DNA of 64,000 bases from Candidatus Latescibacterota bacterium. Its GTDB lineage: Bacteria; Latescibacterota; UBA2968; GCA-2709665. The stretch is from assembly GCA_965205485.1 (NCBI GenBank), contig OZ242180.1, forward strand, positions 4,000,001 to 4,064,000, given 5' to 3'. Positions 34,387-44,555 of the stretch are shown piece by piece (the first letter of the stretch is position 1; the number at the start of each line of letters is the position of its first letter). The notes beneath the pieces were generated by a model. It had not been told where the DNA came from. It worked only from the letters and a program-made list of their open reading frames with translations, and did not search any database. Made by a program: the position numbers and the translations under genes.

Positions 34387-35256
34387 TTGCATGCGTTCGA
34401 TTACGTTGCGCCAAAATCGGTAGACGAAGCCGTCGCCGTGCTGTCTGAGAACGGGTCGGATGCCAGAATGTTGGCGGGCGGATCCGACATCATCGCACAG
34501 TTGAAAGAGGGGCGGCGTCAGGTGAAGGTGCTGGTGGATGTCAAGAAGATACCCGCGGCGAACGAACTGGCGTTCGATCCCCGGGAGGGACTGACGATCG
34601 GGGCCGGGGTGTCCTGTTGCGACATCTATGAAAACGAGGATGTGGCGTCGAACTACCCGGCGCTCGTCGATTCGACGGAACTGATCGGGTCCATTCAGAT
34701 TCAGGGCAGGGCGACAATCGGCGGAAACCTTTGCAATGCGTCGCCCGCGGCCGATACCATTCCCACGCTCATCGTTCTTGGGGCAACCGCCGGGATCGCC
34801 GGCCCGGAGGGAGAAAGGGAAGTTGCCGTGGAGGACTTCTGCACGGCGCCGGGGCAGACCGTGCTTCAGGACGGCGAATTCCTCGTTTCTCTCCATTTCC
34901 CCCCTCCCGCGGCGAACTCCGGTGCGTACTTCCTCCGTTTCATTCCGCGGAATGAAATGGATATCGCAGTTGTCAACGCCGCGGCCTCCGTGGTATTGAA
35001 CGCGGAGAAGAACGCGTTCGAGTCCGCCCGGATCGCAGTCGGCGCCGTGGCGCCGGTTCCGCTTTACCTGCCCGCGGCCGGAGCCGCCCTTGCTGGCAGC
35101 GAAGTATCGGATCAATCAATCGAAGTGGCAGCCGAGGTCGCCCGGCAGTCCGCCAGACCCATTACGGATATGCGTGGGACCATTGAGCAACGCGTTCATC
35201 TGGCCGGCGTCCTGACCCGGAGAGCGGTTTGCGGCGCGGTGGAACGCGCCCGTTAG
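34387..35256 (+). CDS. Xanthine dehydrogenase family FAD-binding subunit (CoxM-like)
   Basis: LAGGSD, IGSIQIQGRATIGGNLCNASPAAD, ARPITDMRGT. TTG start after AGGAGG. Confidence 0.92.
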   Translation: MHAFDYVAPKSVDEAVAVLSENGSDARMLAGGSDIIAQLKEGRRQVKVLVDVKKIPAANELAFDPREGLTIGAGVSCCDIYENEDVASNYPALVDSTELIGSIQIQGRATIGGNLCNASPAADTIPTLIVLGATAGIAGPEGEREVAVEDFCTAPGQTVLQDGEFLVSLHFPPPAANSGAYFLRFIPRNEMDIAVVNAAASVVLNAEKNAFESARIAVGAVAPVPLYLPAAGAALAGSEVSDQSIEVAAEVARQSARPITDMRGTIEQRVHLAGVLTRRAVCGAVERAR

Positions 35257-35308
35257 TCAGCTTGTCCTGAGTTTCCCGAAAAATCGCGAATAAAGGAGTC
35301 CGCAAACG

Positions 35309-35791
35309 ATGGCCGGCAAAGTTCATGTCACAACGACGATCAACGGAGAAGAAACAGAGTTTTTGTGCGAACCCAGGGACACGCTGCTGGAGGTGCTTCG
35401 CGACAACCTGGATCTCACCGGCGCCAAAGAGGGATGCGGCAATGGCAACTGCGGCGCCTGCAGCGTCATCGTCAACGGACGCGTCATCAACTCCTGTCTT
35501 GCGCTGGGCGTGGAGGCCGAGGGGTGCGAAATCACCACCATTGAAGGCGTGGCCACCGCGGAGGGCCTCCATCCGTTGCAGCAGAAGTTCCTGGAACACG
35601 CGGCCCTTCAGTGCGGCGTATGCACGCCGGGGTTCATCGTGGCGGCGAAAGCGTTGCTCGACCGGGAACCGGAACCGGACGAGCACCGGATTCGCCTGTG
35701 GCTGGCGGGGAATCTCTGCAGGTGCACCGGATACGACAAGATCGTCAGAGCCGTGATGGACACGGCCGGAACGATGAAGGAGACGGCCTGA
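35309..35791 (+). CDS. Xanthine dehydrogenase family 2x[2Fe-2S] subunit (CoxS-like)
   Basis: GCGNGNCGACSV...SC, QCGVCTPG, NLCRCTGY. Confidence 0.95.
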   Translation: MAGKVHVTTTINGEETEFLCEPRDTLLEVLRDNLDLTGAKEGCGNGNCGACSVIVNGRVINSCLALGVEAEGCEITTIEGVATAEGLHPLQQKFLEHAALQCGVCTPGFIVAAKALLDREPEPDEHRIRLWLAGNLCRCTGYDKIVRAVMDTAGTMKETA

Positions 35792-38070
35792 TGCCAACTG
35801 AGGACTATCTCGGAATGCAGGAGTACAGGGTGCTGGGTACGCGGCCGATCAGGCACGATGGCGTGGACAAGGTAACCGGTCGGGCCATATACGGAGCCGA
35901 CGTCCAGATGTCCGGCCTCATCTACGGGAAGGTTTTACGAAGTCCCCATGCCCATGCGCGCATCGTGTCCATGAATACCGAGAGGGCAGAAGCGCTCCAC
36001 GGCGTCAAGGCGGTTGCCACCGTCGCCGACATTCCCGTGCCTGAGAAGAAGGTGGAAGACCTGGGAGAAGGCGCGGCCAATATGGTGGATCTGCGGGCCA
36101 ATGTTCTGGCCGACGGCAAGGTGGTCTACGACGGCCACGCGGTGGCGGCCGTGGCCGCGACGAGCGTTCATATTGCAGAGGAAGCGCTTGGGCTGATCGA
36201 CGTGGAATACGAAGTCCTTGAGCCGCTGCTCGACGTGCGGGAGGCAATGAATCCGGAATCCCCGCTCCTGCATGAATCCCTCACCACCGAGTCGCTGGGC
36301 GAAGATACCGGAAAGCCAAGCAATATCGCAACGCACTTTCAGCATAGGCTGGGGGATATCGAGTCGGGCTTCGCAGGGGCCGACGTGGTGATCGAACGGG
36401 AGTTCTTTACTGACACGGTACACCAGGGTTACATCGAGCCGCAGAATGCCACGGCGCTCTGGAACCCGGACGGGCGTCTTACGGTCTGGTGCAGCACCCA
36501 GGGATCGTTTACGGTGCGCGAGCAACTGGCGGGCCTGCTTCAGATATCGCCGGTGAATATCCGGGTGATCCCAACCGAAATCGGCGGGGGATTCGGCGGC
36601 AAGATCAGGGTATACCTGGAACCTGTCGCCGCTGTTCTTTCGAAAAAGTCCGGCCATCCGGTGAAAATGGTGATGAATCGCGACGAGGTGTTGAAGGCCA
36701 CCGGACCCACACCCGGATCCTACATCCGCGTTAAGATGGGGGCCAGCAACGAAGGCAAACTGGTGGCCGCGGAGGCGTACCTCGCCTACGAATCGGGTGG
36801 GTTCGCCGGAGCATGGGCCGAACCCGGCGCCATGTGCATTTTCGCTCCTTATGATATCGCGAACGTGGTCATCGACGGGTACAACGTCTTGGTAAACAAG
36901 CCCCAGACGATGGCCTATAGAGCACCCGGCGCCACCAACGCGGCGTTTGCATCGGAGACCATCATCGACGAAATCTGCGAGAGGCTTGGCGAGGATCCAC
37001 TCGAGTTCCGCATGAAGAATACGGCCAAAGAAGGTACACGCAGGGCGGACGGCCCCACGTTTCCCCGCGTCGGCCACGAGGAAGTCTTACGGGCGGCAAT
37101 GACGAGCGAACACTACAACGCGCCCCTGGAGGGGAAGAACCGGGGTCGCGGCGTGGCTTCCGGCTTCTGGTTCAACGTGGGGCTCAAATCCAGCGCCTGT
37201 GCGAGTGTAAATACCGACGGCACGGTAAGCCTGGTCGAAGGGTCCACCGATATCGGCGGTACCCGAACCTCGGTGGCCATGCAGCTAGCCGAGCCGTTGG
37301 GCATCCCGGCGGAAGACGTGAATCCGGTCGTGGCGGATACCGACGGCGTGGGGGAGACCGACGTGACCGGCGGAAGCCGGGTGACGTTCGCTACGGGCTG
37401 GGCGGCCTACAATGCCGCACAGGACATCATTGCGCAGATGGTCGAGCGAGCCGCGAAATACTGGGAGATTTCGCCGGACGACGTGGCTTTCGTGGAAGGC
37501 ACGTTCAAATCCAGGTCCGATCCGTCGAAATCCTTGACGTTCAAGGAGCTGGCTGGAAAACTCAATGAGACTGGCGGGCCTGTCGTCGGGCGCGCGACCG
37601 TCGACCCGCAGGGAGTGGGAGGCGCGTTTTCTCTGATGATCGCCGACGTCGAAGCCGACCCGGATACGGGAAAGGTGGACATTCTCAGGGTCACCATGGT
37701 GCAGGACGCGGGCAAGGCCATCCATCCCGCATATGTCGAGGGCCAGATGCAGGGCGGCGCGGCGCAGGGGATCGGTTGGGGCCTGAACGAAGAATATTGG
37801 TACAACGACAAAGGTGAGTTGACCAACGCCAGCCTGCTGGATTACCGGATGCCAACCTGCCTGGACCTGCCGATGATCGAGACCATTATCGTGGAAGTTC
37901 CGAATCCCGGGCATCCATACGGAGTACGCGGTGTGGGGGAGGCGCCAATCGTGCCGCCGCCGGCCGCGCTCGCCAATGCCATCTACCGCGCCGCGGGTAT
38001 CCGTATGAACGTGTTGCCGATGTCTCCCGGCAACGTCCTGAAAGCGCTGTGGAAGAATAACGGTACATAA
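35791..38070 (+). CDS. Xanthine dehydrogenase family molybdopterin-binding subunit, copy 1
   Basis: DKVTGRA.Y, RSPHAHARI, HQGYIEP, IGGGFGGK, AYRAPG, EGQMQGG, RGVGE. TGATG coupling to the Fe-S gene. Confidence 0.93.
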   Translation: MPTEDYLGMQEYRVLGTRPIRHDGVDKVTGRAIYGADVQMSGLIYGKVLRSPHAHARIVSMNTERAEALHGVKAVATVADIPVPEKKVEDLGEGAANMVDLRANVLADGKVVYDGHAVAAVAATSVHIAEEALGLIDVEYEVLEPLLDVREAMNPESPLLHESLTTESLGEDTGKPSNIATHFQHRLGDIESGFAGADVVIEREFFTDTVHQGYIEPQNATALWNPDGRLTVWCSTQGSFTVREQLAGLLQISPVNIRVIPTEIGGGFGGKIRVYLEPVAAVLSKKSGHPVKMVMNRDEVLKATGPTPGSYIRVKMGASNEGKLVAAEAYLAYESGGFAGAWAEPGAMCIFAPYDIANVVIDGYNVLVNKPQTMAYRAPGATNAAFASETIIDEICERLGEDPLEFRMKNTAKEGTRRADGPTFPRVGHEEVLRAAMTSEHYNAPLEGKNRGRGVASGFWFNVGLKSSACASVNTDGTVSLVEGSTDIGGTRTSVAMQLAEPLGIPAEDVNPVVADTDGVGETDVTGGSRVTFATGWAAYNAAQDIIAQMVERAAKYWEISPDDVAFVEGTFKSRSDPSKSLTFKELAGKLNETGGPVVGRATVDPQGVGGAFSLMIADVEADPDTGKVDILRVTMVQDAGKAIHPAYVEGQMQGGAAQGIGWGLNEEYWYNDKGELTNASLLDYRMPTCLDLPMIETIIVEVPNPGHPYGVRGVGEAPIVPPPAALANAIYRAAGIRMNVLPMSPGNVLKALWKNNGT

Positions 38071-38136
38071 AGAAAGGACCAGGCGCGTGCCCCGCCTGGC
38101 GCGGGCGGTGCGCCATTTTCCGGAGATTCAGTCACA

Positions 38137-40440
38137 ATGGCCACGAAGACCGAAGACTATCTTGGCATTGAACGCTACAATGTGGTGGGAACCCGGCCGA
38201 TTCGCCACGATGGTACGGATAAGGTGACGGGCCGTGCGAAATACGGAGCGGATACCCATACGTCGGGCGTGTTGATCGGGAAAACCCTCCGCAGCCCGCA
38301 TGCGCACGCCCGTATCCTGTCCGTCGATACGAGTGCGGCCGAAGCCCTTCCGGGCGTAAAGGCCGTGATGACGGGCGCCGACCTCGCGCAGCACTACGAA
38401 GACAAGGTGGCCGCCATCGGGGAGGAGTCCGTAAACCTGCCCGACCTCATCAAGAACGTGCTGGCGTCGGAAAAGGTGCTGTACGAGGGGCATGCGGTCG
38501 CTGCTGTCGCGGCGACGTCGGCCCACATCGCGGAAGAGGCTCTCGATCTGATACGCGTGGAGTACGAAGTCCTGGAGCCCGTACTCGACGTCCGTCCCGC
38601 CATGGAAGAAGACGCGCCGATCCTGCACGAAAACATGAGGATGAGGTCACTGGGTCAGACGACGGATAAAGCGGGAAATGTCGCCAGTCATTTCCAGCAT
38701 TCCCTGGGTGACATCGAGCGGGGATTTGCCGAGGCCGACGTCGTGGTCGAACGGGAGTTCAGCACGCAGACGGTACACCAGGGTTACATAGAACCCCATA
38801 ACGCGACGGCTTATTGGAATCTGGACGACCAGATCACCATCTGGACGAGTACCCAGGGGCCGTTCGAGGTACGAGACCAGGTCGCGGTCGTTTTGGGCGT
38901 GCCGGCTTCCACGGTCCGGGTGGTGCCGGCGGAAATCGGCGGCGGTTTCGGCGGCAAGTTTCGAGTCTACCAGGAACCGACGGCCGCTGTGATGTCCAGG
39001 ATGACGGGCAAGCCCGTAAAGATGGTCATGAGCCGGACGGAAGTCCTGAAGGCGACGGGTCCGACTCCGGGCTCCTACATGCAGGTGAAGATGGGCGCGA
39101 CGAAAGACGGAAGGCTGGTCGCCGCTCAGGCGTATCTGGCCTACGAAGCGGGGGCCTATCCGGGATCTCCCGTGGGCGCCGGCGCCGGCTGTATCTTTTC
39201 TCCGTACGACATTCCCAACGTTGTCATCGACGGGTACGACGTGGTCGTGAACAAGCCGCAGACCTCCGCATACCGCGCGCCTGGCGCAACCAACGGCGCA
39301 TTCGCCGCCGAGACCGTGATCGACGAGATCTGCGAAGTCCTCCACACCGACCCGCTCGAGTTTCGCCTGAAGAACTCCGCCAGGGAAGGCAGCCGGCGGG
39401 CCGATGGCCCGGTATTTCCCCGGATCGGCCACGACGAATGCGTGAGAGCGGCGATGGCGTCAGACCACTACCAGTCAAGCCTCGACGGACCCAACCGGGG
39501 TCGGGGCGTGGCTTCGGGGTTCTGGTTCAACGGAGGAGGCACGTCCACGGTGATGGTCAGCGTCAATGCCGACGGCACGGTCAGCCTGGTCGAAGGCTCT
39601 CCCGATATCGGTGGCACACGTACCTCAATTGCGATGCAGGTCGCGGAGGTGCTGGGCATCCCTGCCGCGCAGGTGAAGCCCATGGTGGTGGATACCGATG
39701 CCATCGGTCAGACGGACGGCACCGGCGGGAGCCGGGTGACGTTCGCCACGGGTTGGGCGGGATACGAGGCTGCCATGGATGCAAAGCGTCAGATGGAAGC
39801 CAGGGCGGCCAGATTGTGGGAGATCTCGGAGGACGACGTGGGTTTCGAGGGCGGGGTGTTCAAGTCAAGGTCGGCCCCCGAGAAGTCGATCACGTTTACC
39901 GAACTGGCAGGCAAGCTGGGCGCCACGGGCGGTCCCGTGGTCGGGCGGGCGGCAGTGGCGGGAAAGGCGGCGGGCCCGGCGTACGCCGTCATGGTGGTGG
40001 ACGTGGAAGTCGATCCCGAGACCGGCAAGGTGGACATTCTCAGGGCCACCATCGTCCAGGATGCGGGTAAAGCCATACATCCCTCGTACGTGGAAGGGCA
40101 GATGCAGGGCGGCGTGGCACAGGGCATCGGATGGGCGTTGAACGAAGAATACTTCTACAACGAAGCGGGCGACCTGGAAAACGCCAGCCTTCTGGACTAC
40201 CGGATGCCAACGTGCCTGGATTTGCCGATGATCGAGACGGTCATCGTGGAAGTGCCCAATCCGGGCCACCCGTACGGTGTGCGGGGCGTGGGAGAGGTTC
40301 CCATCGTTCCTCCACCGGCGGCCGTGGCGAATGCGATCTACGATGCCGTGGGCGTACGTTTGCGCGACCTGCCCATGTCCCCGGGCCGTGTCCTGGATAC
40401 GCTGATCAGGAACAATGGCGGAGGCAACGGGAAGGGGTGA
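38137..40440 (+). CDS. Xanthine dehydrogenase family molybdopterin-binding subunit, copy 2
   Basis: Same full motif set as copy 1; full-length paralog. Confidence 0.93.
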   Translation: MATKTEDYLGIERYNVVGTRPIRHDGTDKVTGRAKYGADTHTSGVLIGKTLRSPHAHARILSVDTSAAEALPGVKAVMTGADLAQHYEDKVAAIGEESVNLPDLIKNVLASEKVLYEGHAVAAVAATSAHIAEEALDLIRVEYEVLEPVLDVRPAMEEDAPILHENMRMRSLGQTTDKAGNVASHFQHSLGDIERGFAEADVVVEREFSTQTVHQGYIEPHNATAYWNLDDQITIWTSTQGPFEVRDQVAVVLGVPASTVRVVPAEIGGGFGGKFRVYQEPTAAVMSRMTGKPVKMVMSRTEVLKATGPTPGSYMQVKMGATKDGRLVAAQAYLAYEAGAYPGSPVGAGAGCIFSPYDIPNVVIDGYDVVVNKPQTSAYRAPGATNGAFAAETVIDEICEVLHTDPLEFRLKNSAREGSRRADGPVFPRIGHDECVRAAMASDHYQSSLDGPNRGRGVASGFWFNGGGTSTVMVSVNADGTVSLVEGSPDIGGTRTSIAMQVAEVLGIPAAQVKPMVVDTDAIGQTDGTGGSRVTFATGWAGYEAAMDAKRQMEARAARLWEISEDDVGFEGGVFKSRSAPEKSITFTELAGKLGATGGPVVGRAAVAGKAAGPAYAVMVVDVEVDPETGKVDILRATIVQDAGKAIHPSYVEGQMQGGVAQGIGWALNEEYFYNEAGDLENASLLDYRMPTCLDLPMIETVIVEVPNPGHPYGVRGVGEVPIVPPPAAVANAIYDAVGVRLRDLPMSPGRVLDTLIRNNGGGNGKG

Positions 40441-40443
40441 GCC

Positions 40444-40710
40444 ATGCCGGAGGTCTGGATACCGTCCCTTCTGCGCGGTCTCACCGACGGTCAGGAGCAG
40501 GTTCAGGTTCCCGGAGAGACCATACGGGAGGTTATTGAGAACCTGGAAGCGCGGTTTCCGGGAATCGAGGAACGAATCTGCGAAGATGGCCGTATCAAGC
40601 CCGGTCTGGCTGTTGCCGTCGACGGTGTTGTCGGCAACGACGGAATGCGTCAGCGGGTCGAAGCAAAGAGCGAAGTGCACTTTGTTACCGCCATCAGCGG
40701 CGGTCTTTAG
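40444..40710 (+). CDS. MoaD/ThiS family ubiquitin-like sulfur carrier
   Basis: V.IPSLLR.LTDGQ..V.V.G.TIREVI..LE.RFPG, C-terminus AISGGL. Confidence 0.88.
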   Translation: MPEVWIPSLLRGLTDGQEQVQVPGETIREVIENLEARFPGIEERICEDGRIKPGLAVAVDGVVGNDGMRQRVEAKSEVHFVTAISGGL

Positions 40711-40810
40711 CTATAGACGGTCAAGCTTCTGTCGGCCAGTGGTTTACGTCTAGCCGCTGGCTGTTTCTTTTTTCCGGCGCAAACGCGTCTGCCGCATTCG
40801 GGCAGCGAGT

Positions 40811-41902
40811 ATGGCCCTCCACATCGGCATTATCGGCCTGCCAAATGTGGGCAAGTCGACCCTGTTCAATGCGCTGACCAGGGCCGGCGTCGAAGCGTCG
40901 AACTATCCCTTTTGTACCGTCGAGCCGAATGTCGGCGTCGTGGAGGTGCCCGACGAGCGCCTTCAACGGCTGGGTGAACTGCTCCACCCTGAAGCCTGCA
41001 TACCCTCGTTCGTTCACTTCGTGGATATCGCCGGCCTGGTCCGGGGAGCCAGCCGCGGCGAGGGTCTGGGCAACCGTTTTCTGGCGCGGATCCGGGAGGT
41101 CGACGCACTGATTCATCTGGTTCGCTGCTATGAAGGCGGGAATGCGCCGCACGTGGACGGCGGAGTGGATCCCGTGCGGGACGTCGAAACCGTCGACACC
41201 GAGCTCAAGTTGGCCGATCTGGAATCGGCGGAAGGAATCTCCGGCCGACTCGAGAAAGTCCTGCGTTCGCAGCCGCGGGCTCCGGAACGCGTTGCGTACG
41301 AAGCGCTTGGATTGGCCATCGCAGGTCTGGAACGGTCTGTGCCCGTCAGGGAACAGGAACTGACGGACGCGCAGTCGAGCGCTCTTGCACCGTTCAGTTT
41401 TCTAACCGCCAAACCCGTGTTGTACGTGTCGAACGTCTCGGAGACGGATCTGCCTGATGGAGGCGCCGCCACGGCCCGGCTGGGGGCCGTCGTCGGCAGT
41501 GACAACGTACTGCCGCTTGCGGCCCAGATCGAGGCGGAACTTGGCGAACTGCCGCCGGCCGACCGACGGGTTTTCTTCGCGGACATGGGGTTGGACGAGC
41601 CTGGCGTCAGCCGGCTGATTCGTGCGGGCTACGTCCTTCTGGGGCTGATTACCTTCTATACCACCGCAAACGAAAAGCTGCAGGCCTGGGAAATTCGCGA
41701 AGGCACACGGGCCGCGGCGGCCGCCGGCAGGATTCACTCGGACATGGAGCGCGGGTTCATCAGGGCGGAGGTTGCCGCCTGCCAGGACGTCCTGGCCGCC
41801 GGCGGCATCGCCGGATTGCGGGAAACAGGCAGAGTGCGCGCGGAAGGCAGGCAATATCTCGTTCAGGACGGCGACGTGATCCGGTTTCTCTTCAACGAAT
41901 GA
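40811..41902 (+). CDS. ychF: Ribosome-binding ATPase YchF
   Basis: GIIGLPNVGKSTLFNALT, NYPFCTVEPN, DIAGLVRGAS.GEGLGN.FL, IHSDMERGFIRAE. Confidence 0.95.
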   Translation: MALHIGIIGLPNVGKSTLFNALTRAGVEASNYPFCTVEPNVGVVEVPDERLQRLGELLHPEACIPSFVHFVDIAGLVRGASRGEGLGNRFLARIREVDALIHLVRCYEGGNAPHVDGGVDPVRDVETVDTELKLADLESAEGISGRLEKVLRSQPRAPERVAYEALGLAIAGLERSVPVREQELTDAQSSALAPFSFLTAKPVLYVSNVSETDLPDGGAATARLGAVVGSDNVLPLAAQIEAELGELPPADRRVFFADMGLDEPGVSRLIRAGYVLLGLITFYTTANEKLQAWEIREGTRAAAAAGRIHSDMERGFIRAEVAACQDVLAAGGIAGLRETGRVRAEGRQYLVQDGDVIRFLFNE

Positions 41903-41982
41903 TCGCACGCTGGCGGGCTGCGTACCGCGTTACCGGGACGTTGCCCGCCACCGGGCACTCACAGAGATAAGGGGGTAACCTT

Positions 41983-42552
41983 ATGAGCAATTGGTCACGT
42001 TTGGGAGTTGGAGTGATTGCCGCCGGCCTTTTGATGGGTCACAATCCGGCGGACGCACTCGGTTTGCGAGGCCTAGGCGTCAAGGTCGGCGTGGACCTTA
42101 CGCGCCAGGAATCCGAGGAATACGTCGGATACGAGTTCGATTCCGCGAGGCTGACCCTGGGCGGGCACGTCGATTTCGGATCCATTTTCATTCCCCGCCT
42201 CCATCTCGTTCCGGGCGTGGATCTGGTGATTCAGGACAATCTCAAGATCTACTCGCTCAACGGCGAAGCGCAGTTCATATTCGGCGAGGGCAATACCTAC
42301 GGATACGTGGGCGGCGGAATCGGGGTACACCTCACGCGGTTCGACATTATAGAAACCGGCGGGCAGGGAAACTCGATCAACGTGACTGTCCCGGACGATA
42401 CGAAGGTAACCCTGAATATTCCGTTAGGATTCCGAAAACGGGTTGGAACGGGTGTACTCTGGTTCGGCGAACTCAAGATGATCATCGCCGATCAGGAGGA
42501 GGACTCGTCGCTGAGGTTCAGTCTGGGCCTGGCCTTCGGCGCGTCGGACTGA
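41983..42552 (+). CDS. Probable small outer-membrane beta-barrel protein
   Basis: Signal peptide, alternating beta strands, YVGGGIG, C-terminal FSLGLAF. Confidence 0.65.
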   Translation: MSNWSRLGVGVIAAGLLMGHNPADALGLRGLGVKVGVDLTRQESEEYVGYEFDSARLTLGGHVDFGSIFIPRLHLVPGVDLVIQDNLKIYSLNGEAQFIFGEGNTYGYVGGGIGVHLTRFDIIETGGQGNSINVTVPDDTKVTLNIPLGFRKRVGTGVLWFGELKMIIADQEEDSSLRFSLGLAFGASD

Positions 42553-42659
42553 GGACCGGCAGTTCGAAACGACTCCGACGACCACGTATATTAGAGGATT
42601 GATAGCCGAAGCAGCAGGACCCCAGGGCGCCCGTGTGATTGGGGAATAGAGGAGAAGCC

Positions 42660-43235
42660 ATGGCAGAGGACAGGATCGAGCGGATCGGGTATCATATTTC
42701 CGAAATTATGAAGGTGCTCAATCTGGATATGAAAGATCCGAACCTGAGGGACACGCCGCGCCGGTTCGCACGGATGTACCTCGAGATTTTCAAGGGCCTC
42801 GACGAAGACAACGAACCCAGCGTGAGGACGTTTCCCAACGAAGACGGGTTCGACAATATGGTGGCCATGACAGATATTTCGTTCTATTCGATGTGCGCGC
42901 ACCATCTGTTGCCCTTCTGGGGCAGTGTGCACGTGGGCTATATTCCAACGAAGCAGATTGTGGGGTTGAGCAAATTGGTTCGGATCGTGGAGTATTACGC
43001 CCGACGGCCCCAGATTCAGGAGCGGATGACCCACCAGATCGTGGAGTTTCTGGAACGGGAACTTGCACCCAAGGGGTCCATCGTCGTGGTCGAAGCCCGG
43101 CACCTGTGTATGGAAATGCGGGGCGTTGAAAAACCGGGGGCATGGGCGACGACTTCCGCAGTCCGCGGCGCATTCAAGGACCGCACAACGCGTGAGGAGT
43201 TTCTCGAATTGCTGCAGCGGCAGAGGAAGGGTTGA
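42660..43235 (+). CDS. folE: GTP cyclohydrolase I
   Basis: DTPRR, SMCAHHLLPF, GLSKL.R, RRPQIQER, HLCMEMRGV. Confidence 0.95.
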   Translation: MAEDRIERIGYHISEIMKVLNLDMKDPNLRDTPRRFARMYLEIFKGLDEDNEPSVRTFPNEDGFDNMVAMTDISFYSMCAHHLLPFWGSVHVGYIPTKQIVGLSKLVRIVEYYARRPQIQERMTHQIVEFLERELAPKGSIVVVEARHLCMEMRGVEKPGAWATTSAVRGAFKDRTTREEFLELLQRQRKG

Positions 43236-43285
43236 GGGAGGGGCCAGCACGATCACCAACCGGCGGCGCGCCGCCGGACAGCGGG

Positions 43286-43732
43286 TCATCCCTTTGCGCG
43301 ATGATCGTACATATCCGCCGTATGCAGGTCGAATGGCTGGTGCGTCGGGTTCTTTCGGGCGCCGCGGAAGGCGGTCTTGCAGCTGTAGCAGATCGTAATC
43401 TCCGGCAGACTCAGGTACAGCGCGAGGTCGATTATCGCGGCGGCGGCCAGGCAGGCATAGAAATAGACCGGGCGGTCCAGCGCCACGAATACCAGCCCGA
43501 CCAGGGCAAACAGAACGGCAATCCCAAGACCGATTTTTCCGTTGAAGTCTCTCTGAACGTAGAAATCGGTCTTTCCGCATCGTGGGCACACGTCTACCCG
43601 GTTGTTGTTCAGGATTTCCTTCGAGACATCCAGCGGAAGATCACGACCGCAGGCCTGACAGGTCGCAGCGGTCTGTGAAGCCTGGACATTGTTGACAGCC
43701 TGACATTCGGGACAGCGAAAGCTGATTGTCAT
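43286..43732 (-). CDS. Hypothetical membrane protein with four CxxC (zinc-ribbon) pairs
   Basis: CPEC, CQAC, CPRC, two TM helices, then CYSC. Confidence 0.7.
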   Translation of the reverse strand: MTISFRCPECQAVNNVQASQTAATCQACGRDLPLDVSKEILNNNRVDVCPRCGKTDFYVQRDFNGKIGLGIAVLFALVGLVFVALDRPVYFYACLAAAAIIDLALYLSLPEITICYSCKTAFRGARKNPTHQPFDLHTADMYDHRAKG

Positions 43733-43736
43733 GGAT

Positions 43737-44555
43737 TTATACCGGTATCCCGGTCGTATACAGGATATAGCCCGAAACGCATTCGCCGATCAGAACAAAA
43801 ATCGTGGCGACGTAAAGCAGGCCCGTGGCCGACTGGGTCGAGTGAATCTTGACGGTTTGCCAGACCATAGAGCCCACGATAAGCGGTCCGAGAAGCCCGA
43901 AGAGCAGACGTACCCATAAGAAGAGACCGCCCAGACCCCAGAAGGACTGAAGCGTCTCCCGAAGCTGCGTGTCGCCGTACGCCCAGAAGACGCATAACGT
44001 GAGTGCGGTCAGCATCACTTTGGCCAGGGTGGCGCCAAGCATCAGTTGCGTGAGGATGCGTAGTGGTCGTATGTGAAGCGCCGGTACCACGAGATACCAG
44101 TGGCCCAGGATCATCGCGAAGATGACGCTGCCGAGGAAGAGTGCGGAGATCAGGTAACTGGCAGCGGTTAACGCACCGGCTGCAACGGGAGAACAGGCCT
44201 CGCACGAAAAAAATCCGTCCGAAACCAGGCCGGCCGCTCCAACAACACCCGCGGCGGCAAGCAGCGGTTTCTGCCGCTTTATCCGTTCGGCGACGACAGC
44301 CAGCAGGTACACAAAACCAATCAGGGCGCTCACAGCCAATAGAAGGCGTGGCATCAGAGGATGCGGGGAGGCGTCCGCCAATGGCGTTAGAAGCGGGAAG
44401 GGACCGGCCCACAGCGCCAGGAGGAGAAACACCAGACACGCGAGTGCGCAAAACCTGAAGAAGCGTTTACCGGCCTCGAGTGGAACGGCCAGCATCGATA
44501 GCAACCCGCCAACGGCGAGTTGGCTGAAAACGAGGTAGACAAGCGTACTGTACAT
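43737..44555 (-). CDS. Conserved polytopic membrane protein with DmsC/NrfD-like N-terminus
   Basis: About 8 hydrophobic segments. VFSQLAVG, AMILGHWYL, STQSATGLLY...GE. ATG at 44555. Confidence 0.7.
   Translation of the reverse strand: MYSTLVYLVFSQLAVGGLLSMLAVPLEAGKRFFRFCALACLVFLLLALWAGPFPLLTPLADASPHPLMPRLLLAVSALIGFVYLLAVVAERIKRQKPLLAAAGVVGAAGLVSDGFFSCEACSPVAAGALTAASYLISALFLGSVIFAMILGHWYLVVPALHIRPLRILTQLMLGATLAKVMLTALTLCVFWAYGDTQLRETLQSFWGLGGLFLWVRLLFGLLGPLIVGSMVWQTVKIHSTQSATGLLYVATIFVLIGECVSGYILYTTGIPV

Noticed and set aside
38078..38118. GC-rich hairpin between the two molybdopterin subunit genes
   Set aside because: Single copy, imperfect, with only a short T run. It cannot be distinguished from an ordinary intercistronic stem-loop.
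34387..40440. Aerobic CO dehydrogenase (coxMSL)
   Set aside because: The large subunits carry AYRAPG, not the form I or form II CODH active-site loop, and no coxDEFG genes are present.
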